Below, piece after piece: positions 30,001 through 42,357 of a stretch of DNA of 64,000 nucleotides. Location of the stretch: NCBI GenBank assembly GCA_964016885.1, contig OZ024742.1, positions 7,006,001 through 7,070,000 on the forward strand. The letters are read 5' to 3'. The position numbers were made by a program, and so were the translations under genes. The DNA comes from Eledone cirrhosa (taxonomy: Eukaryota). A model generated the notes under the pieces. It was given only the letters and a program-made list of their open reading frames with translations, did not search any database and was not told where the DNA came from. The stretch's first letter is position 1. Every line of letters begins with the position of its first letter.

Positions 30001-33000
30001 TCCAGTTCAGCCTGTCTCTGGTAATATACTGTCACCAACATCCAGTTCAGCCTCTCTCTGGTAATATACTGTCACCAACATCCAGTTCAGCCTCTCTCTG
30101 GTAATATACTCTCACCACCATCCAGTTCAGCTTCTCTCTGGTAATATACTGTCACCAACATCCAGTTCAGCTTCTTTCTGGTAATATACTGTCACTACCA
30201 TACAGTTCAGCCTCTCTCTGGTAATATACCTTCACCTACATCCAGTTCGGCCTCTCTCTGGTAATATACTGTCACCAACATCCAGTCCACACTCTCTCTG
30301 GTGATATAGTGTCACCACCATCCAGTTCAGCCTCTGTCTGGTAATATACTGTCACCAACATCCAGTTCAGCTTCTCTCTGGTAATATACTGTCACCAACA
30401 TCCAGTTCAGCTTCTCTCTGGTGATATACTGTCACCAACATCCAGTTCAGCTTCTCTCTGGTAATATACTGTCACCAACATACAGTTCAGCCTCTCACTC
30501 GTAATATACTGTCACCAACATCCAGTTTAGCCTCTCTCTGGTGATATACTGTCACCAACATCCAGTTCAGCTTCTCTCTGGTAATATACTGTCACCAACT
30601 TACAGTTCAGCCTCTCACTCGTAATATACTGTCACCAACATCCAGTTCAGCCTCTCTCTGGTGATATACTGTCACCAACATCCAGTTCAGATTCTCTCTG
30701 GTGATATACTCTCACCAACATGAAGTTCAGCTTCTCTCTGTTGATATACTGTCAAAAACATCCTGTTCAGCTTCTCTCTGGTAATATACTGTTACCACGA
30801 TCCAGTTCAGTTTCTCTCTGTTAATATACTGTCACCAACATCCATTTCAACTTCTCTCTGGTAATATACTGTCACCAACACCCAGTTCAGCTTCTCTCTG
30901 TTAATATACTGTCACCAACACACAGTTCAGCTTCTCTGTGGTGATATACTGTCACCAACATCCAGTTCAGCTTCTCTCTGGTAATATACTGTCACCAACA
31001 TCCAGTTTAGTTTCTCTCTGGTAATATAGTGTCACCAACATCTAGTTCAGCCTCTCTCTGGTAATATACTGTCACCAACATCCAGTTCAGATTCACTCTG
31101 GTGATATACGGTCACCAACATCCAGTTCAATTTCTCTCTGATAATATACTGTCACCAACATCCAGTTCAGCCTCTCTCTGGTAATATACTCTCACCACCA
31201 TCCAGTTCAGCTTCTCTCTGGTAATATACTGTCACCAACATCCAGTTCAGCTTCTTTCTGGTAATATACTGTCACTACCATCCAGTTCAGCCTCTCTCTG
31301 GTAATATACCTTCACCTACATCCAGTTCGGCCTCTCTCTGGTAATATACTGTCACCAACATCCAGTCCACACTCTCTCTGGTGATATAGTGTCACCACCA
31401 TCCAGTTCAGCCTCTGTCTGGTAATATACTGTCACCAACATCCAGTTCAGCCTCTCTCTGGTAGTATACTGTCACCAACATCCAGTTCAGCTTCTCTCTG
31501 GTAATATACTGTCACCAACATCCAGTTCAGCTTCTCTCTGGTGATATACTGTCACCAACATCCAGTTCAGCTTCTCTCTGGTAATATACTGTCACCAACA
31601 TACAGTTCAGCCTCTCACTCGTAATATACTGTCACCAACATCCAGTTCAGCCTCTCTCTGGTGATATACTGTCACCAACATCCAGTTCAGCTTCTCTCTG
31701 GTAATATACTGTCACCAACATACAGTTCAGCCTCTCACTCGTAATATACTGTCACCAACATCCAGTTCAGCCTCTCTCTGGTGATATACTGTCACCAACA
31801 TCCAGTTCAGCTTCTCTCTGGTGATATACTCTCACCAACATGAAGTTCAGCTTCTCTCTGGTGATATACTGTCAAAAACATCCTGTTCAGCTTCTCTCTG
31901 GTAATATACTGTTACCACGATCCAGTTCAGTTTCTCTCTGTTAATATACTGTCACCAACATCCATTTCAACTTCTCTCTGGTAATATACTGTCACCAACA
32001 CCCAGTTCAGCTTCTGTCTGTTAATATACTGTCACCAACACACAGTTCAGCTTCTCTGTGGTGATATACTGTCACCAACATCCAGTTCAGCTTCTCTCTG
32101 GTAATATACTGTCACCAACATCCAGTTCAGCCTCTCTCTGGTAATATACCGTCACCAACATCTAGTTCAGCCTCTTTCTGGTAATATACTGTCACAAACA
32201 TCCAGTTCAGCCTCTCTCTGGTAATATACTGTCACTACTATCCAGTTCAGCCTCTCTCTGGTAATATACCGTCACCAACATCCAGTTCAGCCTGTCTCTG
32301 GTAATATACTGTCACCAACATCCAGTTCAGCATCTCTCTGGTAATATACTGTCACCAACATCCAGTTCAGCCTCTCTCTGGTAATATACTCTCACCACCA
32401 TCCAGTTCAGCTTCTCTCTGGTAATATACTGTCACCAACATCCAGTTCAGCTTCTTTCTGGTAATATACTGTCACTACCATACAGTTCAGCCTCTCTCTG
32501 GTAATATACCTTCACCTACATCCAGTTCGGCCTCTCTCTGGTAATATACTGTCACCAACATCCAGTCCACACTCTCTCTGGTGATATAGTGTCACCACCA
32601 TCCAGTTCAGCCTCTGTCTGGTAATATACTGTCACCAACATCCAGTTCAGCTTCTCTCTGGTAATATACTGTCACCAACATCCAGTTCAGCTTCTCTCTG
32701 GTGATATACTGTCACCAACATCCAGTTCAGCTTCTCTCTGGTAATATACTGTCACCAACATACAGTTCAGCCTCTCACTCGTAATATACTGTCACCAACA
32801 TCCAGTTTAGCCTCTCTCTGGTGATATACTGTCACCAACATCCAGTTCAGCTTCTCTCTGGTAATATACTGTCACCAACTTACAGTTCAGCCTCTCACTC
32901 GTAATATACTGTCACCAACATCCAGTTCAGCCTCTCTCTGGTGATATACTGTCACCAACATCCAGTTCAGATTCTCTCTGGTGATATACTCTCACCAACA

Positions 33001-34427
33001 TGAAGTTCAGCTTCTCTCTGTTGATATACTGTCAAAAACATCCTGTTCAGCTTCTCTCTGGTAATATACTGTTACCACGATCCAGTTCAGTTTCTCTCTG
33101 TTAATATACTGTCACCAACATCCATTTCAACTTCTCTCTGGTAATATACTGTCACCAACACCCAGTTCAGCTTCTCTCTGTTAATATACTGTCACCAACA
33201 CACAGTTCAGCTTCTCTGTGGTGATATACTGTCACCAACATCCAGTTCAGCTTCTCTCTGGTAATATACTGTCACCAACATCCAGTTTAGTTTCTCTCTG
33301 GTAATATAGTGTCACCAACATCTAGTTCAGCCTCTCTCTGGTAATATACTGTCACCAACATCCAGTTCAGATTCACTCTGGTGATATACGGTCACCAACA
33401 TCCAGTTCAATTTCTCTCTGATAATATACTGTCACCAACATCCAGTTCAGCCTTTCTCTGGTAATATACTGTCACCAACATCCAGTTCCACTCTCTCTGG
33501 TGATATAGTGTCACCACCATCCAGTTCAGCCTCTCTCTGGTAATATACTGTCACCACCATCCAGTTCAGCCTCTCTCTGGTAATATACTGTCACCAACAT
33601 CCAGTTCCACTCTCTCTGGTGATATAGTGTCACCACCATCCAGTTCAGCCTCTCTCTGGTAATATACTGTCACCACCATCCAGTTCAGCCTATTCCTGGT
33701 AATATACTGTCATCAACATCCAGTTCAGCCTTTCTCTGGTAATATACTGTCACCAACATCCAGTTCAGCCTCTCTCTGGTAATATACCGTCACCAACATC
33801 TAGTTCAGCCCCTTTCTGGTAATATACTGTCACCAACATCCAGTTCAGCCTCTCTCTGGTAATACACTGTCACCAACATCCAGTTCAGCTTCTCTCTGGT
33901 AATATACTGTCACCACCATCCAGTTCAGCCTCTTTCTGGTAATATACTGTCACCGACACCCAGTCCAGCTTCTCTCTGGTAATATACTGTCACCACCATC
34001 CAGTTCAGCCTCTCTCTGGTAATATACTGTCACAAACATCCAGTTCAGTTTCTCTCTGGTAATGTAGTGTTTCACCAACATACAGTTCAGCCTCTCTCTG
34101 GTAATATACTGTCACCACCATCCTGTTCAGCCTCTCTCTGGTGATTTACTGTCACCAACATCCAGTTCAGCTTCTCTCTGGTAATATACTGTCACCAACA
34201 TCCAATTCAGCTTCTCTCTGGTGATATAGTGTCACCAACATCCAGTTCAGCCTCTCTCTGGTGATATAGTGTCACCAACATCCAGTTCAGCTTCTCTCTG
34301 GTAATATACTGTCACCAACATCCAGTTCAGCCTCTCTCTGCTGATATAGTGTCACCAACATCCAATTCAGCTTCTCTCTGTTGATATAGTGTCACCAACA
34401 TCCAGTTCAGCTTCTCTCTGTTGATAT
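1..34427. repeat. 40-bp satellite DNA array (consensus TCTGGTAATATACTGTCACCAACATCCAGTTCAGCCTCTC), about 860 monomers, probably continuing left of the window
   Basis: Uninterrupted 40-bp periodicity with point variants and occasional 38/39-bp monomers; it degenerates and ends at about 34427. Confidence 0.99.
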
Positions 34428-34859
34428 TACCTAACAAACAACAATACCAACATGAATAAAAACGTAGTAGTTTCAAGTTTCTAAAGTTGCAGACAAACTA
34501 AAGAACAATTGCGAAACTAGTCACTCCATTTGTTCTCTAATATGGTTTCTTTGTCTGCTATTCAAATATTCTTTCGTTCATTGTCTTCTTCTCAAACTAT
34601 TTAATTAAACTGACGATGAAGTAATTAAAGCAAATGTGAAGTACTTTAATCAGTTAGATATCACTATAACAATAATTTTCTGGAAAAATCTTCTAAACAG
34701 ACGAAAAAAGTGGAATGTAGATGCCAGCGGCAATCATAGGCTTCGGTTATTTAATCTATGTTTAATCGGGGAAGACTGTGTCTATCCAATTAACATCAAG
34801 TGATTCTAGCTAGAAATCCGCCGCTTCCGTTTCTTAGTTTTTATACAACTGGAGACATC

Positions 34860-35290
34860 TTAGAAATAACTACAACAGATGGTTGAAACCCGTCAATATC
34901 TACACACTGTGTATACATTGTGTATATATTGTGTATATATCGATATACGGTGTATATATTGTGTATATATTGTGTAAATATTGTGTATATATTGTGTATA
35001 TATTGTGTATATATTGTGTATATATAGTGTATATATTGTGTATATATTGTGTATAATAAACATAAAACAACTACGATATATATTGTGTATATATTGTATA
35101 TATATTGTGAATATATTGTGTATATATAGTGTATATATTGTGTATATATCGTGTATCTACTGTGTATATATCGATACACGGTGTATACTGGTGGACGCAA
35201 CATGGACCAATGGTCAAGTATTTCGTTAACCATTCAATCGATATCGAGTCCAGCCCCACAGCGTGACATCTTACACCATTATTATTTACC
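34860..35290 (-). pseudogene. Possible highly degenerate LINE reverse-transcriptase fragment split by an 11-bp minisatellite
   Basis: Minus-strand peptides HAVGLDSISIEWLTKYLT and QCVDIDGFQPSVVVIS flank the minisatellite. They resemble the 'G...WxxxYLxxRxQxVxIxG' stretch upstream of the GVPQG motif in LINE RTs. No catalytic motif is seen. Confidence 0.3.
34908..35186. repeat. 11-bp minisatellite (TTGTGTATATA)n
   Basis: Tandem TTGTGTATATA units with variants. Confidence 0.9.
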
Positions 35291-35511
35291 ATAACTTCTC
35301 TCTTATGTGGTTGAGTCCCTGAGAGTTGTAACTTCTGGCGTTATTGGCCTCGGGGGCAGATCCCTGCTGGGAGAGGTATTGGTTACCTGGAGATGTGGGT
35401 CCCGGGAGGAGCAGTGGTTGTTCGTCTCCCTCTCCGTCCTAACCACCCCCAACCTGTCCACCAGGTCGACTGACACTTATATATCATTGATGGCGGTGAC
35501 ATTGTGGACCG

Positions 35512-35735
35512 TAAGTTACATATAGTGAGAGAGAGGGAAGAGAGTAAGTTGTGAATATTGAGAGAGGGGGAAGAGAGTAAGTTATATATATTGAGAGAGG
35601 AGGGAAGTGAGTTAGTTATATATAATGGGAGAGGGGGAAGAGAGTAAGTTGTGTATATTGAGAGACGGGGAAGAGCGTAATTAACATATAGTAAGAGGGG
35701 GGAAAGAGAGTAATTTATGTATTTTCAGAGAGAAA
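35512..35735 (-). repeat. 33-bp minisatellite, inverted orientation (GAGAGGGGGAAGAGAGTAAGTTATATATAGT-like)
   Basis: Reverse complement of the unit arrayed at 42358-43835. Confidence 0.8.
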
Positions 35736-35754
35736 AATATACATAAACAACTCC

Positions 35755-35933
35755 ATTCCCCCTCTCTCACTATATATAACTAACTAATTTACCCCCTCTC
35801 TCAATATATATAACTTACTCGCTTCCCCCTCTCTCAATATATCTAACTAACACTCTTCCCTCTCTCTCACTGTAAGTTCTTTACGCTCTTCCCCATCTGT
35901 CACTATATATTAACTATATCTATCTTAATCTCT
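35755..35933 (+). repeat. 33-bp minisatellite, forward orientation, degenerate
   Basis: CTCTCTCACTATATxTAACTAACxCTCTTCCC units. Confidence 0.8.
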
Positions 35934-36608
35934 GGCCTGCCAGTGCTACCCAAGGACTCTGCCCGTTCGAGAAAGGCTCTACAGATACGGGTGCCTGGGT
36001 GGGGATGCCTGCGCGACGTGGAAACCGTTGACCAAGCACTGGTACAATGCCCTGGCATTGGCGATCTGTGGGCTATGTCGAACGACTGCTGTCACGGGTG
36101 GCGCCAATCCGGTTGACCACCGAGTTCATTGTGACGATCAAGCCGCCTCCCCGCTTCGAAAACGAAGGAGAGGCGGTCTTTCTGTGTGTTGTAGCCATGA
36201 CGAAAGAAGCTGTGTGGTGGACGCGACTGAAAGGGCTGAGGTAGGGCGACTTTCTCTCCGGCCAACAGCTGGTCCTCTTCTTCCGATCTCACTTCGGAAG
36301 AAGGATCAGGGTGGAGAGAGAGGCCCTCGGCCCCAGCCGGTTTTATGAAAGGTGGGTGAAAGTGGCGAGAATGGCCCGTGTGAATGGGCCTTCTCTCTAT
36401 ATCAGTCTGTAGAGGTAAGAGAAGAGGGGAGCACCCACTCTCTGTGCTCCCTGGCAGAAGGGTCGTACACTTTTTCCGGGTGTGTGTGACGCCAAAACGC
36501 TTCTTCCGTATTGAGGACTTGATTTTTATATTTTGATTGTTATTTTTATATGTCCTCGATGTTTGTAAAACGTCCCCCGGCCAAAGCCCTGGTGGCAAAT
36601 AAAGAAAT
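35934..36608 (+). mobile_element. 5'-truncated Tx1/L1-type LINE copy (ORF2 C-terminus + 3'UTR)
   Basis: Colinear with 41612-42357 (LWGYVERLLSRVxPIRLTTE...WVKVARMARVNGPSLYISL*, and a 3'UTR ending GCCCTGGTGGCAAATAAA). Flanked by a 19-bp near-perfect TSD: TATATCTATCTTAATCTCT (35915-35933) and TATATCTAACTTAATCTCT (36609-36627). Confidence 0.9.
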
Positions 36609-36872
36609 TATATCTAACTTAATCTCTTCCCGCTCTCTTACTGTATGTAATTTACTCTCTCTATATATCAATTAACACTTGATATAGACGTGAATTACTT
36701 TGCTCCCGACTTTTACGGATTATTGTCAAAAAAACTGAGTTTATTGCTCAATTTAATAACATTGTTTAGTTTAACCCCTTGCCTGGGCCGTCAGACGTTA
36801 AGTCAACAAATTTTTGCCCCTTTCTGGGGCGAAATTTTCAATTTTCATCTAAAAACTGTAGACTTGGTAGCA

Positions 36873-38642
36873 ATGGATGCCATTTCCACCTCGCACACTG
36901 TCGTGAGTGCCACGACCACTAAGAAAAGTGGTGGAGGGAAGGTAGGAGTGCAAAGCTTGCAGCCATCACCCCTCGCATCATCGAAAAACGTGGAAAATAT
37001 CGAAACCGCGAAAGCAAATCCGGCAAATAATAGCAGCACCAACAACAAGAACAATGACAACAACACCACAACCAACAACTGCAACAATAGCAACACCAAT
37101 ATTACTAACAGTGACAGTAACACGAAAGACAACAACACCAAAACAACATTTGCACAGACCGTAAAAAAAAACGAACTATACACGCCAATAGACATAACAA
37201 ATGCTAAACAACTATTACAAGACGCAAAACAATTTGTGACTTTTGGTGAAAACGGTGCTTTTAGCATTAATTCTCCACAGGAATTACGTAGAGAGGCTGT
37301 CCTGAAAACTGTGGTTTTAAGGACAATATCGAACGTAACAAGAAAACCAGCGCAATTATCACAAAATGAGATTGAGCTGGTTCTAAAAGACGCAATGAAG
37401 GACTTAACCTTCATACAAAAAGGTAAACTGTTTGGTAGCATTTCGGTGCTGGTGAACAACCAGTCAACAGCTCAAAAGTACTCGATAGCACCCATTGTGT
37501 CCCCCCCACTTCACCTTTTACCCCACATACAGGGGAAAAAGGACACAAAGAATAAAAATAATGAGTATCACACCAAATGTAAACATTTGGTGGATACTAT
37601 GTGGAATAATAAACTTGGACGAAGACAATATAATTTCAATAGGAAAGTGCTCCGGAGGTGTATTTGGTGGGACCACAGTAGAAGTTCTGGTGCAAATGAG
37701 CCCAGAACGAATAGCGAATATCCCACAACGCGTGCCTCTGGACGGGCTAACTTATATAAACATTTCAGTGGAGGGAAAGCGGCCGCCATGTTTCCACTGC
37801 TTAAGCAGGGGTCACCTGAGGGCTGCCTGTCCTCAATTAACGAGTAAAAAAAAAAGGCTCTTCTGCCAACCCCGAACACAACAACACAACCACCACCACC
37901 ACCACAACAACAACACGGAAAAATAACAACACAAAACACTGTTCCACCCAACCCCTCCCCACCTAAAATAAATACAAAAGCAACCACAACCAAACCCCCA
38001 AATATACCCCTCCCCAACAACACGGAAGAGGACTCCGTATCAACGTCACCCAGTGACGACGAGGGAGAACCCTTTCAACAGGTGAAAAGGAAAAAAAAAA
38101 GGCACCACATTAACAAAAATGCCACAAACACACAGCCACCAGCACAAACAGAACAAACATCACAAATAAAAAAACCCACCCCTCCCCAAAACATAACACG
38201 TACTATAAAACGCAAACACCCGCAAGAACAACAAACAAAAACAAACACAACACAACAAAAACTCTATACATACATTAACAAGAACAATAAAACGTTGATG
38301 AAAGCGATAGAAAATAACCCTTCGGTGGAATCCGAAGGGATCACTTTCACCTACTCAGCGAACAAACCGCACCTAATGATGATTAGGGTCCCAACGGAAA
38401 CCTATGTAACTTTGAAAAACAACCATCCAATGCATGTGGGGACCAACTGCACCAAACCACATAACAGCGTCCTATTGAGATGTTTCCCCACCCCCACACC
38501 AGACACCCACACCCCACCAAACACCCTAATCCCACCACACACTGACGTCCTCACCCCACCACAAACCACCACCCCACCAAACAACCCTTCCAACACCCCC
38601 ATGGAAATTGTGCAGCCTGGTCCCCAGGAGACGAAGAGGTAA
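36873..38642 (+). pseudogene. LINE ORF1 (gag-like nucleic-acid-binding protein, CX2CX4HX4C zinc knuckle), frameshifted
   Basis: ATG at 36873. The frame shifts at the poly-C run (about 37500) into ...VEGKRPPCFHCLSRGHLRAACPQ, then again at the poly-A run (about 37850) into a Pro/Thr/Lys-rich tail ending at 38642. Confidence 0.8.
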
Positions 38643-38684
38643 GTAATTTCCTTTCCTCTTCCTTTTTACCTCTTCAGCACCAAC

Positions 38685-41600
38685 ATGGCCAATATAAGAG
38701 TTGGATGTGTGAATGCACGCGGCTTGGGGATGTCCTGGAAACAGGACAAACTCTTAAATGACCTCAGGTCGCACAGAGTGGATGTAATGGTTATTTGCGA
38801 GTCCAGGATCAGCAGCGAGCGCCAACTGGCCCCCATCTTCGACGACTTTGAGAACTACGCATCTCTCTGTCAGCCGAGGGGTGGGGGTGGGGTTGTCGTT
38901 CTGCTGCGAAAATACCTGGGTCTTGCCACACAGAAGGTACACCTGGACCCGGAGGGTCGACTGGTGGTTTTAGACGTCGGCAGTAGTGAAGGTGGAGCTT
39001 TCAGGCTGGTGGCAGCGTATGCCCTATCTGGGACACCGCGACCGGACTTCTTCCGACGCCTGGAATATTTCATGGGAACGTCTCGCTCCTTGCTTTTAGT
39101 GGGGGAATGGAATGGTATCCTGGATACACGTTGGGACTATGTAGGGGCATGTCCCGATAGAGGGGGGTGTAACAGCCTCAAACGATTAATCGGCCGATTT
39201 GATCTGGCCGATAGATATCGACTAGATTTTCCGACTGTGCCACGGTGGACGTGGAGTAATCGCAGCGGAACATCCAGGTCGTACCTAGATAGGTTCCTAG
39301 TTAGAAATAAGGATAGGGACATATTAAGCTGTCCACGAATGTTCATGGTTGACTATTCGGATCACAAGTTGGTGACCGGAGTGGTCAACCTTGATAGAAC
39401 TCATAGACAGGGACCCGGTTACTGGAAGCTAAACTTGTCTTTACCGACAAACAAAGCTTACAGTAAGCGGATTAGCACACTAGTTAAGAAGCGTTTGACG
39501 GGGGCAATTGTCAACAGCAAGTGGTGGGGCTCTCTCAAGAGAGAAATTAGAATAGAATCGATAGGTTTTAGTCGGGAATTAGCATCAGATAGGAATAGAA
39601 CTGAAAGGGAATTAACAAATAGAGTAGAAGAGGCGATTAGGAGTGGCAACGTGGCGGGCCTGCTGGCGTCAAGAACGGCCCTAGACCAGTTCTCTGATGC
39701 GAAGAACGAGGGCTGCGTTGTCAGGAGTAAAATACGTGCTCCGGGTAACGAGGAAGCCAAAGCTGTTAGCTGGACCCGAGTGACAGGCAAAAAGTGGAAA
39801 CAAGTCCACGATTCGGTCTTTGAAGGACCAGGATGGACGCGTGATCCTTGAACCTGAGCGGATGAGCGCGGCCTTTCAACGGCGCTTTGCACGACTGTTC
39901 GGGAGGGGTGGCAGGCCGGGTGGGGCCATGGATTTCGGTCCATACCTCGACGGTCTGGCGTGGCTCTCGGACGGGGTGGCGAATCCTGCGAGAGGCCGAT
40001 TTCAGCCGCTGAAATAGGGGAAGCGCTGAGCCAATGCGGCAAACGCAAATCTCCGGGTCTCGACGGTCTACCATACGAACTTTATGTAGCGACGCCGGGC
40101 TTGTTCTCCGGTCTCCTCGTGGCGGTCTACTGCAACTGGCAACAGAACGGGAGAATTCCCAGTTCTGTGACCAAGGGCATAGTCACGCTGGTGAGGAAGG
40201 ACGAGAACAAGGGGGATGACATAGATAACTTCAGGCCCATAACTCTGCTAAACACAGAGTTAAAGATTTTGGCCAAGGTGTTAGCGAAGAGGTTGGCGCT
40301 TATCGTAGGGAACCTGGTGGGAGAAGCGCAGACATGCGCAATCCCGTCCAGGTCCATACACGACAACCTCCACCTCATGCGATACATCGTAGAGAGGGTA
40401 GGGAACGAACCCGGCTTTGGTGAGGCCCTGATCAACTTGGATCAATCTAAGGCGTTCGATAGGGTTGACCATCGGTACCTGGATGCGGTGCTCGCGGCGG
40501 CAGGCTTCGGACCCGTTTTCAGGGGCTGGATTGCTGCAATGCACAGCAGCAACACCTGCTCGAGGGTCAAGGTGAACGGCTACCTCTCGGAGCCGTTCCA
40601 AATCACGCGATCCATTCGACAGGGATGCCCTCTCTCCTCCCTTCTGTATGTGCTGGCTCTCGAGCCACTACTGCGGTAGCTGGAGCTGTTGCAGGGCACT
40701 CCCTTGGAACCGGGATTGCGGAAAGCGGTGTCGGCCTACGCCGATGACGTGACAGTAATGGTGTCGTGCGCCTCGGAAATCGGGCAGATCGGCACCTTAC
40801 TGGAGGAATATGTAAGGTTCACAGGAGCCAAGCTGAACCGGGACAAGTCCGTCGGTTTCCAACTCGGGACGTGGAGGGGCAAAACGATGCCCTCCGACGG
40901 CATCGTCGGACGCTGGACGGAGGGACCGGTGAAGCTGCTCGGGGTCTGGTTCGGACCGGACCTCCAGGTGGAGAAAAACTGGGACGATGTAACGGGCAAG
41001 GTGTTTGCACTCGCCCAGAAGTGGGCCGAGGGCAAACTATCCCTGAAAGGTCGAGCGGAGGTGGCGAACGCTTATATAGCGTCCGTCATCTACTACCGCT
41101 TGACCGTCGTGCTTTGCCCAGAGAAAACACTCGCCAAAATGGAGCGCACGCTCTTCCGATTTCTTTGGAAGAAGCGGGCTCCTTTGGTGAGAAGATCCAT
41201 CTGCTGTCAACACCCTTCGAACGGAGGGCTGGGGATGCCGTGGTTGACGATGCGTAGACACGCATTAAGGCTACGGCCCCTCCAGGTATTCCTCACCGGT
41301 GAGCCGGTGTGGGCCCTGTTTATGAGGCGAGCCTTTCCGAGACTCGTCTCACTCACCGAGCTGCAATCCTGGGTCAAGCAAAGACCGAGAAAAGTGGGCG
41401 ACTGGCACATTGAATGTGCCCAGGCGCTCACGGCCTCTGTCAAGCGGATCCGGCAATCAGTGGAGACTCAACCTCAACATTCTATAGAGGGTTGGTGCGC
41501 AGTAAGTGCGACGACGCTTTCGGAGAGGCTCTGGGCATGGAGGAAGACGAGCTGGCCAGTCTGTTCGGTAGGACGTTTGGCCCGAGACCGATGGACAACT

Positions 41601-42118
41601 TCCAAAAGTCCCTGGCTTGGCAATGTTACCGAGGAGCTCTACCCGTTCGGGACAAGCTCTACAGACACGGGCTCCCGGGTAGGGACCCCTCGAAGAAGAT
41701 CTGTCCGAGATGCGTGCGTGACGAGGAAACCGTCGCACACGCATTGGTACACTGCCCGGGTGTTGCTGACCTGTGGGGCTATGTAGAACGACTATTGTCG
41801 CGGGTGGGACCAATCCGGTTGACCACCGAGAACATTGTCACGATCAAACCGCCTTCCCCTTTCAAAAACGAAGGAGAGGAGGTTTTCCTCTGTGTGATAG
41901 CCATGGCGAAAGAAGTTGTATGGTGGACAACGCTGAAAGGGCTGAGGTCAGACACCTTTCTCTCCGGCCAACAACTGGTCTTTTTTTTCAAGTATCACTT
42001 TAGAAGAAGGATCAGAATGGAGAGAGAGGTGCTCTACCCCAGCAAGTTTTATGAAAGATGGGTGAAAGTAGCGAGAATGGCCCGAGTGAATGGGCCTTCT
42101 CTCTATATCAGCCTGTAG
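38685..42118 (+). pseudogene. LINE ORF2 (APE endonuclease - reverse transcriptase - C-terminal zinc finger), disrupted
   Basis: APE motifs NARGL, ICESR, VGEWNG, SYLDRF, SDHKLV; RT motifs KSPGLDG, NFRPITLLN, LDQSKAFDRV, IRQGCPLS, AYADDV; C-terminal CPRCVRDEETVAHALVHC. Frameshifts at about 39790, 39975 and 41440; in-frame TAG at 40677. Confidence 0.93.
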
Positions 42119-42357
42119 GTGAGAGAGGAGAAGAATGAGAAGAGGAAGGAAGCACCCGCTCTTTGTACTCCTGAAGAGGAGGGTTGCACATTTTTTCGGG
42201 GGTGTGTGCGACCCATGTCAACGCCCCTCCCTATTGAGGACCTCGATTGTTAAATTTAATTTGTTATATGTGTTTTACACGTCTTTTTAAATGTATGTAA
42301 ACTCCCCTCTTTGTATTTGTCCCAATCTTTGATGCCCTGGTGGCAAATAAATAGAAA

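Larger units (their letters stand above)
36680..42357 (+). mobile_element. Near full-length non-LTR retrotransposon of the L1/Tx1 group (ORF1 + ORF2), inactivated by frameshifts
   Basis: 5'UTR, ORF1 with a CCHC knuckle, ORF2 with APE endonuclease, RT and a C-terminal Cys/His motif, and an AATAAA/A-rich end. The Tx1 clade call is inferred from architecture and motifs. Confidence 0.92.

Noticed and set aside
1-34427. CRISPR-like array
   Set aside because: Monomers are head-to-tail with no unique spacers, there are no cas genes, and the context is eukaryotic.
34610-34700. CTGACGA possible hammerhead core
   Set aside because: No matching GAAA/stem III/stem I arrangement could be built.
35307-35525. 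72-aa ORF or possible exon with a GTAAGT donor
   Set aside because: No recognisable homology; the GTAAGT is part of the inverted 33-bp repeat.
36845-41991. Numerous antisense and alternate-frame ORFs over the LINE
   Set aside because: Shadows of GC-rich or low-complexity LINE coding sequence.
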